A stretch of DNA of 64,000 nucleotides. Origin: Azolla caroliniana (lineage: Eukaryota > Plantae > Polypodiophyta). The translations under genes and the position numbers were made by a program. Numbering within the stretch: the first letter of the stretch is position 1; every line of letters begins with the position of its first letter. Under the pieces are notes generated by a model. That model did not search any database and was not told the origin of the DNA. It was given only the letters and a program-made list of their open reading frames with translations. Shown one piece after another: positions 22,991-32,847 of the stretch. The stretch covers positions 16,306,001 through 16,370,000 of the forward strand of contig JBHGNT010000016.1 in assembly GCA_043228905.1 (NCBI GenBank), written 5' to 3'.

Positions 22991-24805
22991 ACTGTGTCAT
23001 GGCTTTCGGCGCCGGATCGTTGCGTGAGTCGGGTGGGAACCGCCGAGGTTTTGGACTAGGAGGAAAGAAAAATACAAATAAGGCTAGTAAAGAATAGGTA
23101 TAAAGAGTTATAAGATAAGAATCTCGTGAATCCCACGAGTTTAGTATATTTAGTCAATATTTAGGTAGTAAGAGAGAATTATTTTAGCAAATTCGTGAAT
23201 CCCACGAATATTTTAGATTGATTGATCATTATAGAAAAATAATCAACAAAAACTACAATGTGCTCCCCATCCTTATATAGTGATGGGAAAGACTAAGCAT
23301 AGCTACATGCTTTTTCTCATATGTTCATGCACACTAAATGTGCATGTGATGCTTTTCTAATCCTTGCTTTTATTTGCTAAATATAGTGCTCATGCACGCT
23401 AGATGTGCATGAGTCACTTTTTAGTTGCTTGCGTTTTTCTATAAAATATTCACGCACTCTAAAAATGCACGATTTACCTTTTAATAAAGGTAGGTGCAAA
23501 TAAAGCACTTATAGTTATTAAATCTATTTATAGAACACTAAAGATAAGGTAGCATAATGGTAAAGTTGAGGTTTGGCTACGTGGAGGTACAATGTTCAAA
23601 TCTTGCCCTATGCACGTGATAAATATCTTGATATATTATTTTATTTATTTATATGTAATTAAATCGGTTATATTATTTTTACTTTTTCACGTAGTGTACG
23701 AAATACACTACGACAGCGGGAAACCGGTCAACCATGATCCACATCCCGGCTCGCTGCGGTTGATCCGTCGGCTTCGATTCTTCCTTCGCGCTTGCCTCCC
23801 CGTAGGCTCATTCGACCCGTCGATGGGTCCTCTACCGCGATCTCCATAGTACGCGTACTTCCGTTGGCCCTTGTTCGGCCGTATGAACGCCATGCTTCCC
23901 GCCGTACGCCCCGATGTCCTCCGCTTGAGGCATGCCCGTAGTGGCCCGCTTGGCCTCCATTGACCCTTTGTGATGCCCTGGTTGTCGTCCCATGTTGCTT
24001 CGCGTGGCCACCACCCTCTCGCCGCCACCTTCCTTCTCCATGGTCTTACAATGCTGTGTCGGCTCGAACCGCCATGGTCTCCGGAACGTTGTGGAGGATC
24101 CCTTTCCGGCCTTCTCCGCGCTCGGCTTTCCGCTCCGGCACCTCCGTGTGCCACATACCCTCGTCCGTTGTTTGGCACTTCCCATGTTGCACTCCTTGTC
24201 GGCCCCCTTTCCGGCCAGATCATGGATCGCTGCTCACCCACATACCGGTGTCCTTTGCATCCGAGGAACACCCCGTAGTAGCCCGCTTGGCCCTTCCCGT
24301 CTTCGTGCTGCTGCAATAGTTCTGAGTCTTCCGCTTGCCGTCGTCCCCTCGACCCCACCAGCTTGTCATCCCGGCTTGCCGTGTCAGTCTTCGCTACTTC
24401 GACGGGGCTCCCGAGATCTACGAAGCGAGTGTGGAGGATCCTCCTCTGGCCTCTCTTGCCATCCCCTGACTCCGACCCTGTGCAGTCCACTAGGCACTTG
24501 TCACGTCGTTCCCGGCACCTCCCTTGTGCCGTCTTCCGCTTCCTTTGTTCGGCACCGCCCATGCTGAACATTGTCCCGTAGTCACGCTTCGATCCGGCCC
24601 GCGATGGCCACTTGCGAGACTCTTGTTCTGTCCAAGGTGTGCCTTTCCGGCCTAACACACCTCCCCGTGTTTGCCGCATAGTCGGGTCCCGTTTCCCGCC
24701 ACCACCTTCCTTCTCCCTCGGTCTTACGTTGCCACGTTGGCCGAACAGCCGGAGTCTCTGGTTAAGTGTGGGGATCCCGTAGGATCGGACTTCCTTACGC
24801 CCATT

Positions 24806-25245
24806 GCCTTCGTCACCTCGACGCCACCGTCAGTATCTTGGTCTTACGTCGACCGCGTTGCCGACTGCCGAAGTCTCTAGAACCGGTGTGAAGGATCCTC
24901 TGTAGGCTGCCCCTTTGCATTTGTCACCTCGCCGCCACCGTCAGTATCTTGGTGTTACGTCGACCGCGTTGCCGACTGCCGAAGTCTCTAGAACCGGTGT
25001 GAAGGATCCTCCGTAGGCCGCCCCTTTGCCTTCGTCACCTTGCCTCCACCGTCAGTATCTTGGTCTTATGTCGACCGCGTTGCCGACTGCTGAAGTCTCT
25101 AGAACCGGTGTGAAGGATCCTCCGTAGGCCGCCCCTTTGCCTTCGTCACCTCGCCGCCACCGTCAGTATCTTGGTCTTACGTCGACCGCATTGCCGACTG
25201 CTGAAGTCTCTAGAACCGGTGTGAAGGATCCTCCGTAGGCCCCTC
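24806..25245. repeat. 111-bp tandem repeat, 4 copies, inside D
   Basis: CAGTATCTTG recurs at 24831, 24942, 25053 and 25164. Confidence 0.93.
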
Positions 25246-26020
25246 TTGCCTTCACGACCCTATCCCGGGTCGTCCTTTTCCGCATGCCAAGAGGGCGGTT
25301 TACTCCGCACCCTCTCCCGTGGTACCGACATACCGTGTCCTCGGCCTCTTCGTAGGCCAGCTCTCTTCCTCCCTCCCGGAATGGTCATCCGGGAGTCCGC
25401 TCCGCCCGGTTCTCGTCCGGGTCCGTTCGTCCTTCTCCGGATTGCCGAGTCCCATTCCCTGCCGCCACCGTCCTTCTCCCTCGGTCTCACATTGCCACGT
25501 TGGCTGAACAGCCGGGGTCTCTGGATCGGTGTAAGGAATCCCATAGGACCGGCTTTCATTCTCTTTCCAAATCTCAACCTTCGCCCGGTCGGTCTTTCTC
25601 CCCATGTAAAAGAGGGCGGCTCGTTCCGCACCCCCTTCCGTATCGGCACTTTCATGCCGACTCCGGCCCCGATCGAACGATCCACGACCGGATTACGCTC
25701 CACCCGTATCGGAATGCCGATCTCCTCGTGCCGCGTCCGTCCTCGGCCTCCTCGCAGGCTGTTTCCCATCCGACTTCACTGGCATCGTGCCAGGACTCCT
25801 CGGTACCGCCATCCATCTCCTCGGTCTTACATGGCCATACGGGCCCGAATGCCGAGTTCTCCGGAATCGGGTCAATGGGCTTTCGTCCGCTCCTTCTCCG
25901 TATCGTCTCGTCGGTGATTCTTGGCCTTTCGCCGCCGCCTTCCTCCGCTTGGGACTCACGTGGGCACTTGGGCCCGACTGCCATCGTCTCGGGAGCAAGT
26001 GTGGGAAGACACAAAGAATC

Positions 26021-26832
26021 TGTTGGGAGACAGGTCCCTCTGAATGGGAAGGGAGAAGAACAGTGCCGATGAACAAACTCGGCTGAGGCCGAAACCGTAT
26101 GAGGAGGACCCGGCTACGGAGAGCCGGATGGTGCAGGCCCGATATGAACCGGATGAGGAGTACTCGGCTACGGAGAGTCGGATGGTGCAAGCCTGGTATG
26201 AACCGGATGAGGAGTACCCGGCTACAGAGAGTTGGATGGTGCAGGCCCGGTATGAACCGGATGAGGAGTACCCGGCTACGAAGAGCCGGATGATACAGAC
26301 CCGGTGAAGACCGGATGAGGAATACCCGGCAACGGAGAACCGGATGGTACAGACCCGGTGAGAACCGGATGAAGAGACATATTCGTAAATATGTTCCTGA
26401 GAGCCCATCGAGGCTACATTTGTAAATAGCCGAAAAGTCATATTAGTATAAATAAGACTTAGGGCAAACTTTTAGTAACTGTTGTTGTTGTCATTCTTGT
26501 TGGTGCAAGAATAGACAGTGTGCGTAACTGTACAGAGAGAGAGAGAGAGAAAGAAAGAGGTCGTTGCCTCTGTTGTAACCGCCGCCTGTGGCGAAGATCT
26601 ATGAGCACGAGGTCGGTGCCTCAGTGAACTCATTGTTGTACATTCCATCATAGGGATAGTTTGTAGCTTGTGGGCTGCGGTGGTTTTTTCCCCTAGTTTG
26701 GGGTTTTCCACGTAAACCTCCTGTGTACCTCGTCTCTTCTTTGAGTCGCGTTTTATTTCCCGTTTTTCTGTGTATCATTCTACGCTCGGTTGTGGCCGAG
26801 CGTAGCGCATAAGGAACGACCAGTTCCCGTCA
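26021..26832 (+). mobile_element. Solo LTR F1 with about five 54-bp tandem repeats
   Basis: TGTTGGGAG...TTCCCGTCA, TSD GAATC on both sides, homologous to 59233-60004. Confidence 0.93.
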
Positions 26833-26978
26833 GAATCGCCCGTCCGTTTTACGCCCTTGTCCGTAGCCACCGACTCTTCGTGGTCGGCGGTCGTCTTCTT
26901 ACCGATCGCGCAAGCCCCGTTTGGGCTTGCTTCTCCAATGACCGGGATCTCGGGCTGACACGCCCGAAACCGTTGGTC

Positions 26979-27908
26979 CTAATGATCCGGTTCCGCGATC
27001 TGTATCTCAGCCTCGTCCTTGGCCATTCTATCTCCACAAGTCGAGAGGGCGTTTCGTTCTGCACCCTCTCCCGTGGTACCGTGGTACCGATCTTCCGCCA
27101 TCACGTGGGGCAAGTCCGTCTCCTTGGTCTTGGCTTCCGGCCTCGATCTTCCCTCTTCCTCGAGCATCGCTTTGAGAGCTGCGTATGCCTCCGCAATCTT
27201 GGCCCCAACGCCGACCTTTGCCGACTCTCTTTGTCGTTCCGCCTCTTCCCGTTGTGATGGCACGTCGTCGCGTCCCTTCCTCTTAGCCTTCTCGGGTCGC
27301 TCATCATCTAGACGTTGGCACACCCTTCCGACCTTCAACCAGTCCTTCGTAAGCCCATTCGCTCCATCATCGTCTTCGAGCTCAATCCCGATGGCTTCCC
27401 GTTCCGCTCGGTCGATCGACCTGACGAACAAAAGGACTTTGTCCGCCCCCACCAAACCTTGTTCCCGCTCCGGGAGCCGAGCAAGCCGTCGCTCGAACTC
27501 TCGGAACGCCTTGGTCGCGCCCCAGTGGGTCTTTGCCGATGCTACCCACTGGTCGAAGTCGTGCCATCCCCGGCTCTTCCGCCGTTCTCCGTATGCCTTC
27601 AGGAGCGCCTCTTCGAAGGCCTCCCACGAACTATGAGCCTCACGGAGCTCCTTCATTTCCGCATGCATCCGAACAGCCACGACCCGGGAGAAGAACTCCA
27701 GCCTCAACGCATCGTCTATGCCACGCTCCTCCATTTCTGCGTTGTAGGCTTCCAAGTAAGATGGGACTTTGTCCCCGTTGAAACGGCCGACTCTTTTGAC
27801 CACTCGCTCAACCGCTTGTTGCGCTGCTTCTCACCTCATCACCACTCGTGCCGACTCCAACACCACTTCGGCCACCATCTACGCAAGGTCGTCGTCTTCC
27901 GACTCCAT
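26979..27908 (-). pseudogene. D gag-like ORF
   Basis: ATG at 27908 just after the PBS, two in-frame stops, then the 274-aa ORF homologous to the E gag. Confidence 0.8.
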
Positions 27909-27923
27909 CCTCCCTTGCCGCCT

Positions 27924-27941
27924 TTCACGTCGGGTTCACCA
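27924..27941 (-). promoter_or_regulatory. PBS of D, tRNA-Trp
   Basis: Identical 18-mer to the E PBS, 4 nt from the 5' LTR. Confidence 0.85.
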
Positions 27942-27945
27942 AATA

Positions 27946-28702
27946 TGTCGCGTTGTTACGCGCGTGCGTGGAGAAAGGCGGGACCACAGCGGTCTTGGAC
28001 TAGAGAGTGATGGAGCGTAGGAAGTCGTGCTTCACTGTTTCTGGGGCATCCCAGAAACACACCGGAAGCAACCGACGGGAGAGAGAGAGAGAGCGTTCTT
28101 AACACCGACTCACGCGCACGCACACACACGCACACACACGCACACACAGCCCAGCTCGACTCACGCCTTATGTACAGAAACGCAGGAGAGGGTAAGCACC
28201 CGACGCCAACAACGACATGAATATACACAGACAAACGTATATATATATATAAAGGGAAGAATACATTCCCGGCGTCGAGCCAGACTGAGGTAGGTTACAA
28301 TAGTCGTCTGCTGTCAAGCCGCCGTCGGGGAGCTCTCAGCTCGTCGCGCCGAGCGGGGTCTTGCACAGGAGGCCGAACCAAAGAAAACCCTAAGCAAACA
28401 CGCAGAAGGAGAAGAAGAAGAACCTAACTCTAAACCTAACGGTATACCCTCTAATGCAAAATGGGCAACCCCTACACAAAGGGCGCTCCCTTCCTTTTAT
28501 AGAACAAGGAAAGGGATGTGTTACAATGTGGGACAAATCCCGACTTTCATGGGATCGTCTGTCCCGACTTGACTACTCTTCGGCGCCATAAAGGCGCCCT
28601 CGATATTCACACTAAATGTACAAGGGTGCTTACACATGCTGCACCCCGCCGATGTAGCCAATGTTTCCCGGTTTCCGCCTCTGGCCGAAATTCTTCACAA
28701 CA
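27946..28702 (-). repeat. D 5' LTR
   Basis: Direct repeat of 19253-20064, adjacent to the PBS. Confidence 0.95.
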
Positions 28703-28706
28703 ATGG

Positions 28707-30209
28707 ATTACCAATGACATACGTGCAACCTTGAAGACGGATAGTTTTGCTCAAGACATCTTGGCGCACATTGATACTTCTCGGGCATCCTGTTCTCAGT
28801 CTCAACAACCAGGTATTGACTACCGACAATTTGAATATCATGATGGTTTGTTATTCTTTAAAAAGCGCGTATATGTCCCCGATTGCTCCTATCGCCTTCA
28901 AATCGTCCAGCATTGTCACGACACCCATACGGCGGGACATTTCGGTAGTACTAAGACATTGGACCTAGTGCAGCGATCTTTTTGGTGGCCCCACATGCGC
29001 CGTTTTGTCGACGACTACGTTCGAACCTGTGATACTTGTTGCCGAGCAAAGATGCCACGACACCATCCATATGGCTTGTTGGAACCCTTACCGATTCCAA
29101 GTAAGCCGTGGCAATCTATTTGTCTTGATTTTATCACTGTAGATCTGCCGGTCTCGAAGGGGTTCGATGTTATCCTAACCGTCGTCGATCGATATACGAA
29201 GATGGCACATTTTGTGCCGTGTATTAAAGCCATCACTAGCGAGGAAACTGCCGCCCTTGTTATGCGTGAGGTATTTCGGCATCATGACCTCCCAGACAAT
29301 ATCATCAGTGACCGAGGACCGCAATTTGTCTCCAAATTTTGGCAGCATCTCTTCAAGATGCTCAAGGTCTCGTGCAACCTCTCCTCCGGCTACCATCCTC
29401 AAACCGACGGGCAGGCAGAACGAACAAATCAAACGCTGGAGCAATATCTCTAGTGTTTCCTGAGTTATCAACAAGATGATTGGGCCGAGATTCTCCACTT
29501 TGCGGAGTTTGCGTATAATAATGCTATTCACTCCTCGACTCGGTTCTCCCCATTTTTCGCTTATACCGGTTTCCATCCTCACTGGTCAGTGATCGACACC
29601 CCGGAGCTACCTACCAACCCTCGTGCTGAGGATCATTTGGAGAGGCTACGGAAGATCCAGATGGATCTCTCTACTCACCTTCGTCATGCTCAACACACAC
29701 AGAAGACTTATGCGGATCGTCATTAGATTCCCTCCTCTTTTGCCATCGGAGATCGAGTATGGCTCTTACGTCGTCACATCAAGACTACTCGACCGTGCGA
29801 CAAGTTGGATTATCAACGACTCGGTCCCTTCCGTATTACGGGTAAGATTAATGATGTCACATTCCGCCTTGATCTCCCTCCGCAGCTTCAGATACATCCG
29901 GTTTTCCATTGTTCTCTTCTTGAACCTTATAAAGCAAACACCATTCCCGATCGTGTGACACCACCGCCGCCCCCGTTGGAGTTGGACGCCGGCCCGGAGT
30001 ATGAAGTTGCTGCCATCCTCGATTCCAAACTTGTTCGCAACAAACTTTATTACTTGGTCGATTGGCTCGGTTAAAATCTGAGCGAACGTACTTGGGAACC
30101 CGTCGAGCATGTTGCCAATGCACAGGATCTTCTTGCTGATTTCCACCGAAAGTATCCGGACAAACCCGGTCCGCAATCAACGCCGACTCGTTCCACTCGT
30201 TGTCTTTAA
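28707..30209 (+). pseudogene. A integrase and C-terminal chromodomain
   Basis: HDTHTAGH...CDTC, ISDRGPQF, HPQTDGQAER, GPFRI, EYEVAAILDSK...YYLVDWLG...TWEP. Several stops. Confidence 0.93.
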
Positions 30210-30220
30210 GGGGGAGATAG

Positions 30221-30663
30221 TGTCATGATATGGCAAGACTCGAACCCATGATCTTATGCTACATGGGTCGAGCTCTTACCATTAGACTATGAATTGTAAT
30301 TTGTAGGATATTATTTTCATTTATGCTTTATCATAGAAAATTGATGTATATTCCAGATCTCTCTGGAACATTCTAGAAGCTCTAGGATTATTCCTAAAAA
30401 CACTATAAAAGGAGGCACAAGGCATTATTTTGAACCAAATTGGTTCAACGCCAGTCTTAAGCCTCTTAGCCGCTTGTACTTATCTTTTCACATAATATAT
30501 TAGCTGTTGTCATCATCTTTCTCTCTCTCTCATCCTCGTTATCTCTCTCTCTCCTCTTCTCACTTCCTCTCTCGGGAATCTTACGCAGTCCCATCCTCTT
30601 AGTACTAATAGTACTGCTCTTCTTAGTACTAATTCCATCTCTGCTTTAGTACTATTCCTGACA
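30221..30663 (+). repeat. A 3' LTR
   Basis: Direct repeat of 15232-15698, preceded by the PPT. Confidence 0.95.
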
Positions 30664-30696
30664 GCGGATACCCCCGAACTTGAGCTTGAGGGGGAG

Positions 30697-31164
30697 TGTT
30701 GAGAGATCAAGCTCAACTTAGTTTAGGTAGTCAACACATGTAACTTCGTAGTTACCTAGAGAGAATCTAGTTAGGAGTGTTGACCATAGCGCCTTAAATA
30801 GGACCTTGTACTTAAGTGGGATATTCTAGATCCTCCACTACTAAGTACATTTAATATAGGACTTACACACTTGTACCTATATTCTACACACACATGTGCA
30901 CCGTTGTACATGAAACCTATATATACCTCATCGAAGGTATTTTTGTATTCGGATGATAATGATGATGCTTTATTAATATACACTCTATTTTTATCATCCC
31001 CCCATCTTGTGTTTCATACATGTAACTTCCTCTCTCTTCCTCTCATACTCTCACCCACTCATACACGCACATATCACCGTAACCTTCCGTTGCGTAAACG
31101 CATAACCGTGTAATCACGGAATTAGGTAATATTTAGCCCTTGCTTAGTTACCTAATCCTTAACA
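30697..31164 (+). repeat. C1 3' LTR
   Basis: Direct repeat of 8414-8881, preceded by the PPT and followed by TSD TCAGG. Confidence 0.95.
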
Positions 31165-31169
31165 TCAGG

Positions 31170-31561
31170 CAACAGAACAGTTAGATGAACTACAGTCGGA
31201 ACAAATTCGGAAAGAAGGCTTACTACTATTAGAAGAAAGTCGGATACAGGCCATGACAGATTTAGAGCGAAAGTAGTGACAGATGAAAACATTTGTGGAA
31301 CAACACCGTCGACAAGCAAAAAGACAGTTTGCAATCAGAAAACCAGTGTTAGTATTTCAAACAAAGATGATATCTATGCCTGGAAAGCCTCGGTTCCGAT
31401 GGACAGGACCAGTTTGCATCATTAACAACAAAAATGGGATGTATCAAGTTGGTACATTATCAGGCGAGCTTTTACCGAAATGGGTAAATGGTTTCTGGCT
31501 TAAACCGAATCACGGGCCAATGCCGGAAAACCCACTTAGAGTTGAAGCTGATGCAAAGTGA
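31170..31561 (+). pseudogene. G1 integrase C-terminus
   Basis: PGKPRFRWTGP...VNGFWLKP (GPY/F region), continuing from 8413. Confidence 0.85.
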
Positions 31562-31716
31562 CGTGGCATACGTCACACCCAAAAACAATAAAAAGAAAAA
31601 AAAAACTAAACTAACTATAGATTATCTTGGCAAAAGCAACTAACTGTCAAAAGGAAATCCTGGAAAAAACTTAAAGAGACTATAAGTAAAGGGGTAGTGG
31701 AGGCATGTGTATATGT

Positions 31717-32833
31717 TGTCGTGTGACTCTTCTCACACTATGTAAAAAAATAATGAAATAATTATTTTTTATTAGATTAGTGGCTTAATATGAAAAGAAA
31801 TAGTTGGACTTGGGCCACTTTTGTCTAGATGGACAGATGTGGCTAAGTCTCCGGATGTGACTAAGTTGCCCGAACTGGCCGGTGAAGGAACTCAAACCGG
31901 CCGGTGACAGAATCGGAAACCGGCCGGTGACAGAATCGGAAACCGGCTGGTGGCAGAACCGGAAACCGGACGGAGCCAGCAACCAGATGGATCTGGCAAC
32001 CGGCAACCAACGTTGGCGACCGGACGAATCCGGCAACCGGCGACCGAACAGATCCAGTGACTGGTTGGCTACCGAGCGGATCCAGCAACCGGCGACTGGA
32101 CGGATCCGGAAACGAAGCCGAAAACAGGCAACGAAGCTGAAAACCGGACGAAGCCCGCAACCGAACGGAACCATCGATCAGGTGAAACCGGCGACCGGAC
32201 GAGGCTGGATGCAGAACGGATGAATGATTGGATCATGCGGCGAATTAAAGTAAAGTAAAGCAAACTAAAGTAAAGGCCATGTGGACGCGTGCAACTAAAG
32301 TTGGAGGGCATGCATAAAGTAAAGGTCATGTGAAAATCATGCAATGAGAAGGTGGAGGCCATGCAACTAAAGTAAACGCCATGTGGGACGTGTGCAAGGG
32401 AATGGGAGAAAAAGGAAAAACCTATCTCTCAAGAAGGAGGCATCCATCAATCGAAGAGAGTACTCATATCCCTAAATTTCTTATTCAACTCAAAAACCCT
32501 AATTTCTTATCGAAGTTGTAAACCCTAATTTCCTCAATGAAGATATCACTCATAAACCATAATCTCTTATGAAAACCAAAAACCCTAATTTTCTATCGAA
32601 TCCATATCTCAATTTCTTCTAATCGATTACTCTAGTAATCTCCATAAGCTAAAACTTTTGTAATTCCAATCTTGGGATTAATTGTAATCTTTCTTTTCCT
32701 TTGGTAATGAAAAATATTAAATTTTCTGATTTTCGTTAATTCTTAATACAAAACGCACGAATCTAATATTCTCCGGCCGAAGGCCCCAGGGTCTTGCCTC
32801 AAGTTCACATATCCTCGTCGTATTTTCGCGACA
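31717..32833 (+). mobile_element. Solo LTR of the TGTCG...CGACA family
   Basis: Termini TGTCGTG and CGCGACA, flanks ATGT and ACGT (4-bp TSD with CpG decay). Internal ACCGG-rich repeats and AAACCCTAA repeats. Confidence 0.75.
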
Positions 32834-32847
32834 ACGTGTGGTGGCAA

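Larger units (their letters stand above)
20139..23715 (-). mobile_element. Element E: gag-only non-autonomous LTR element nested in D
   Basis: LTRs 20139-20956 and 22995-23715, TSD GCGG on both sides, tRNA-Trp PBS at 22973-22990, PPT at 20957-20970. Confidence 0.92.
19253..28702 (-). mobile_element. Element D: gag-only (TR-GAG-like) non-autonomous LTR element
   Basis: LTRs 19253-20064 and 27946-28702 (about 3% diverged), tRNA-Trp PBS at 27924-27941, PPT at about 20065-20077, 4-bp TSD ACGG/ATGG whose removal restores the A pol frame. No pol motifs seen. Confidence 0.92.
15232..30663 (+). mobile_element. Element A: Ty3/Gypsy chromovirus (Tcn1/Tf1-like), split by element D
   Basis: LTRs 15232-15698 and 30221-30663, PPT TTAAGGGGGAGATAG at 30206-30220, domain order gag / PR-RT-RH-INT-chromodomain. 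Flanks TCAGA and GCGGA match at only 3 of 5 positions. Confidence 0.93.
8414..31164 (+). mobile_element. Element C1: non-autonomous Ty1/Copia deletion derivative (about 2.05 kb once nested inserts are removed)
   Basis: Two 468-bp LTRs, TSD TCAGG (8409-8413 and 31165-31169), iMet PBS TGGTATCAAAGC at 8882-8893, PPT TTGAGGGGGAG at 30686-30696. Confidence 0.95.
3699..31716 (+). mobile_element. Element G1: non-chromoviral Ty3/Gypsy (Athila-like, no extra RNase H), degenerate, split by Copia C1
   Basis: Partial 5' LTR about 3699-4109 and PBS at 4119-4131. gag-PR-RT-RH-INT at 4355-8413 resumes after 31169. PPT-like AAAGGGGTAG at about 31688-31697. Confidence 0.85.

Noticed and set aside
23708-24679. 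323-aa minus-strand ORF in D as an env-like or accessory gene
   Set aside because: It is low-complexity GC-rich repeat-derived sequence with no transmembrane segment or domain seen.
24806-25245. 111-bp array (and the 54-bp arrays in F1 and F2) as CRISPR arrays
   Set aside because: The units are contiguous with no unique spacers, there are no cas genes, and the context is eukaryotic TE sequence.
15227-30668. A clean TSD for element A
   Set aside because: TCAGA versus GCGGA matches at only 3 of 5 positions, so it was not used as evidence.
31717-32833. This LTR as the 3' LTR of G1
   Set aside because: It has no similarity to the G1 5' region and has its own 4-bp TSD.
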